In this document: positions 63,439-64,000 of the stretch, one piece after another
Layout: the number at the start of each line of letters is the position of its first letter
Position numbering within the stretch: position 1 is the first letter of the stretch
Assembly: GCA_002633005.1 (NCBI GenBank)
Contig: NMRA01000643.1
Location: 166,544-230,543 of the forward strand
Direction: 5' to 3'
From: Phoronis australis
Lineage: Eukaryota > Animalia > Phoronida
Length of the DNA: 64,000 nucleotides
The notes under the pieces: model-generated
Told to the model about the DNA's origin: nothing
Seen by the model: only the letters and a program-made list of their open reading frames with translations
Databases searched by the model: none
Translations under genes and position numbers: made by a program

Positions 63439-63947
63439 AATAGATAGCACGATATTCAAGTCTTGAGTTAAAAGATTCTAAATGTACTTTTCTGACAGTG
63501 TATCTTTAGCCCAAGGTACTGCTTTGAAATGCTATATTAATTGATTTTTTTCACTTTGTCCTTGAATGCTTTCTTTTTCAACAGTGTCAGTTTCCAACTG
63601 TTGCCTTGTAATGTTCTAAGATCAGACGTTATACCAAGTTGTTCACCCATTAATAGTCCAGACAAGTTTCTTCAATAAAAGACAATCTTGCTAGAAAAAA
63701 AATTATTTAACCAAACTTCTCATTGAAAATAGGACGATAATTTTAATCACGATTAGCCTACTTTGTATTGTACAGCTGTCTTCAACCAAGATGTGAAAAC
63801 CCAATAAGCCGTTAAAAAAATCAGAGATAGTTTCGGTAATTATTTTAGTAAGTTTGAACTTGAAGAAACTTCACTCAAATAATAAACATGAACCCCAGAT
63901 TATTTTTTACATGTTTTTTCTTACCTATCCGCCGTTGTCGTTTTCAG

Positions 63948-64000
63948 CCACATACCACTCTCAGCTACAAGACATGGAAGAGGAGATCCGTGAGGTTCGC
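63948..64000 (+). CDS. MTO1: MTO1 exon, running off the window edge
   Basis: ttttcag|CC ACA TAC ... = (A)TYHSQLQDMEEEIREVR; continues IKIEATY in phase. Confidence 0.88.

Noticed and set aside
36455-64000. Bacterial gidA/mnmG by contamination or horizontal transfer
   Set aside because: The gene is split by canonical spliceosomal introns and has metazoan MTO1-type sequence (YPQG, AGCVS).

Overview
AT-rich, repeat-dense animal genomic DNA, probably a marine invertebrate (inference). It is not prokaryotic: no operons, rRNA, tRNA genes or CRISPR. The + strand carries the middle and 3' coding exons of MTO1 (GidA/MnmG family mitochondrial tRNA U34 modification enzyme) at 36455, 37154, 53546, 56985, 58971/60428, 62695 and 63948. 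All visible splice sites are GT-AG and phase-compatible. Antisense to MTO1 lie four GPCR genes with intronless coding regions: one orphan class A receptor (1229-2503) and three paralogous class B2/Methuselah-like 7TM receptors with no ectodomain (19171-20784; 30481-32061, frameshifted; 46335-47921). The last is certainly inside an MTO1 intron and the others probably are. Receptor copies 2 and 3 arose by a tandem duplication (30480-46232 / 46229-51441, 4-bp ACTA junction) that also copied two MTO1 exons, which are deleted or crippled in the second unit. The rest is layered transposon debris: LINEs, a tRNA-SINE, a Penelope-like element, an Academ-like element, Tc2/pogo-like MITEs, hAT-like MITEs with 6-bp TSDs, Helentron-type HINEs and minisatellites. 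Two near-identical duplications abut single-N gaps and are probably assembly artefacts. All calls are by eye and no database search was run.
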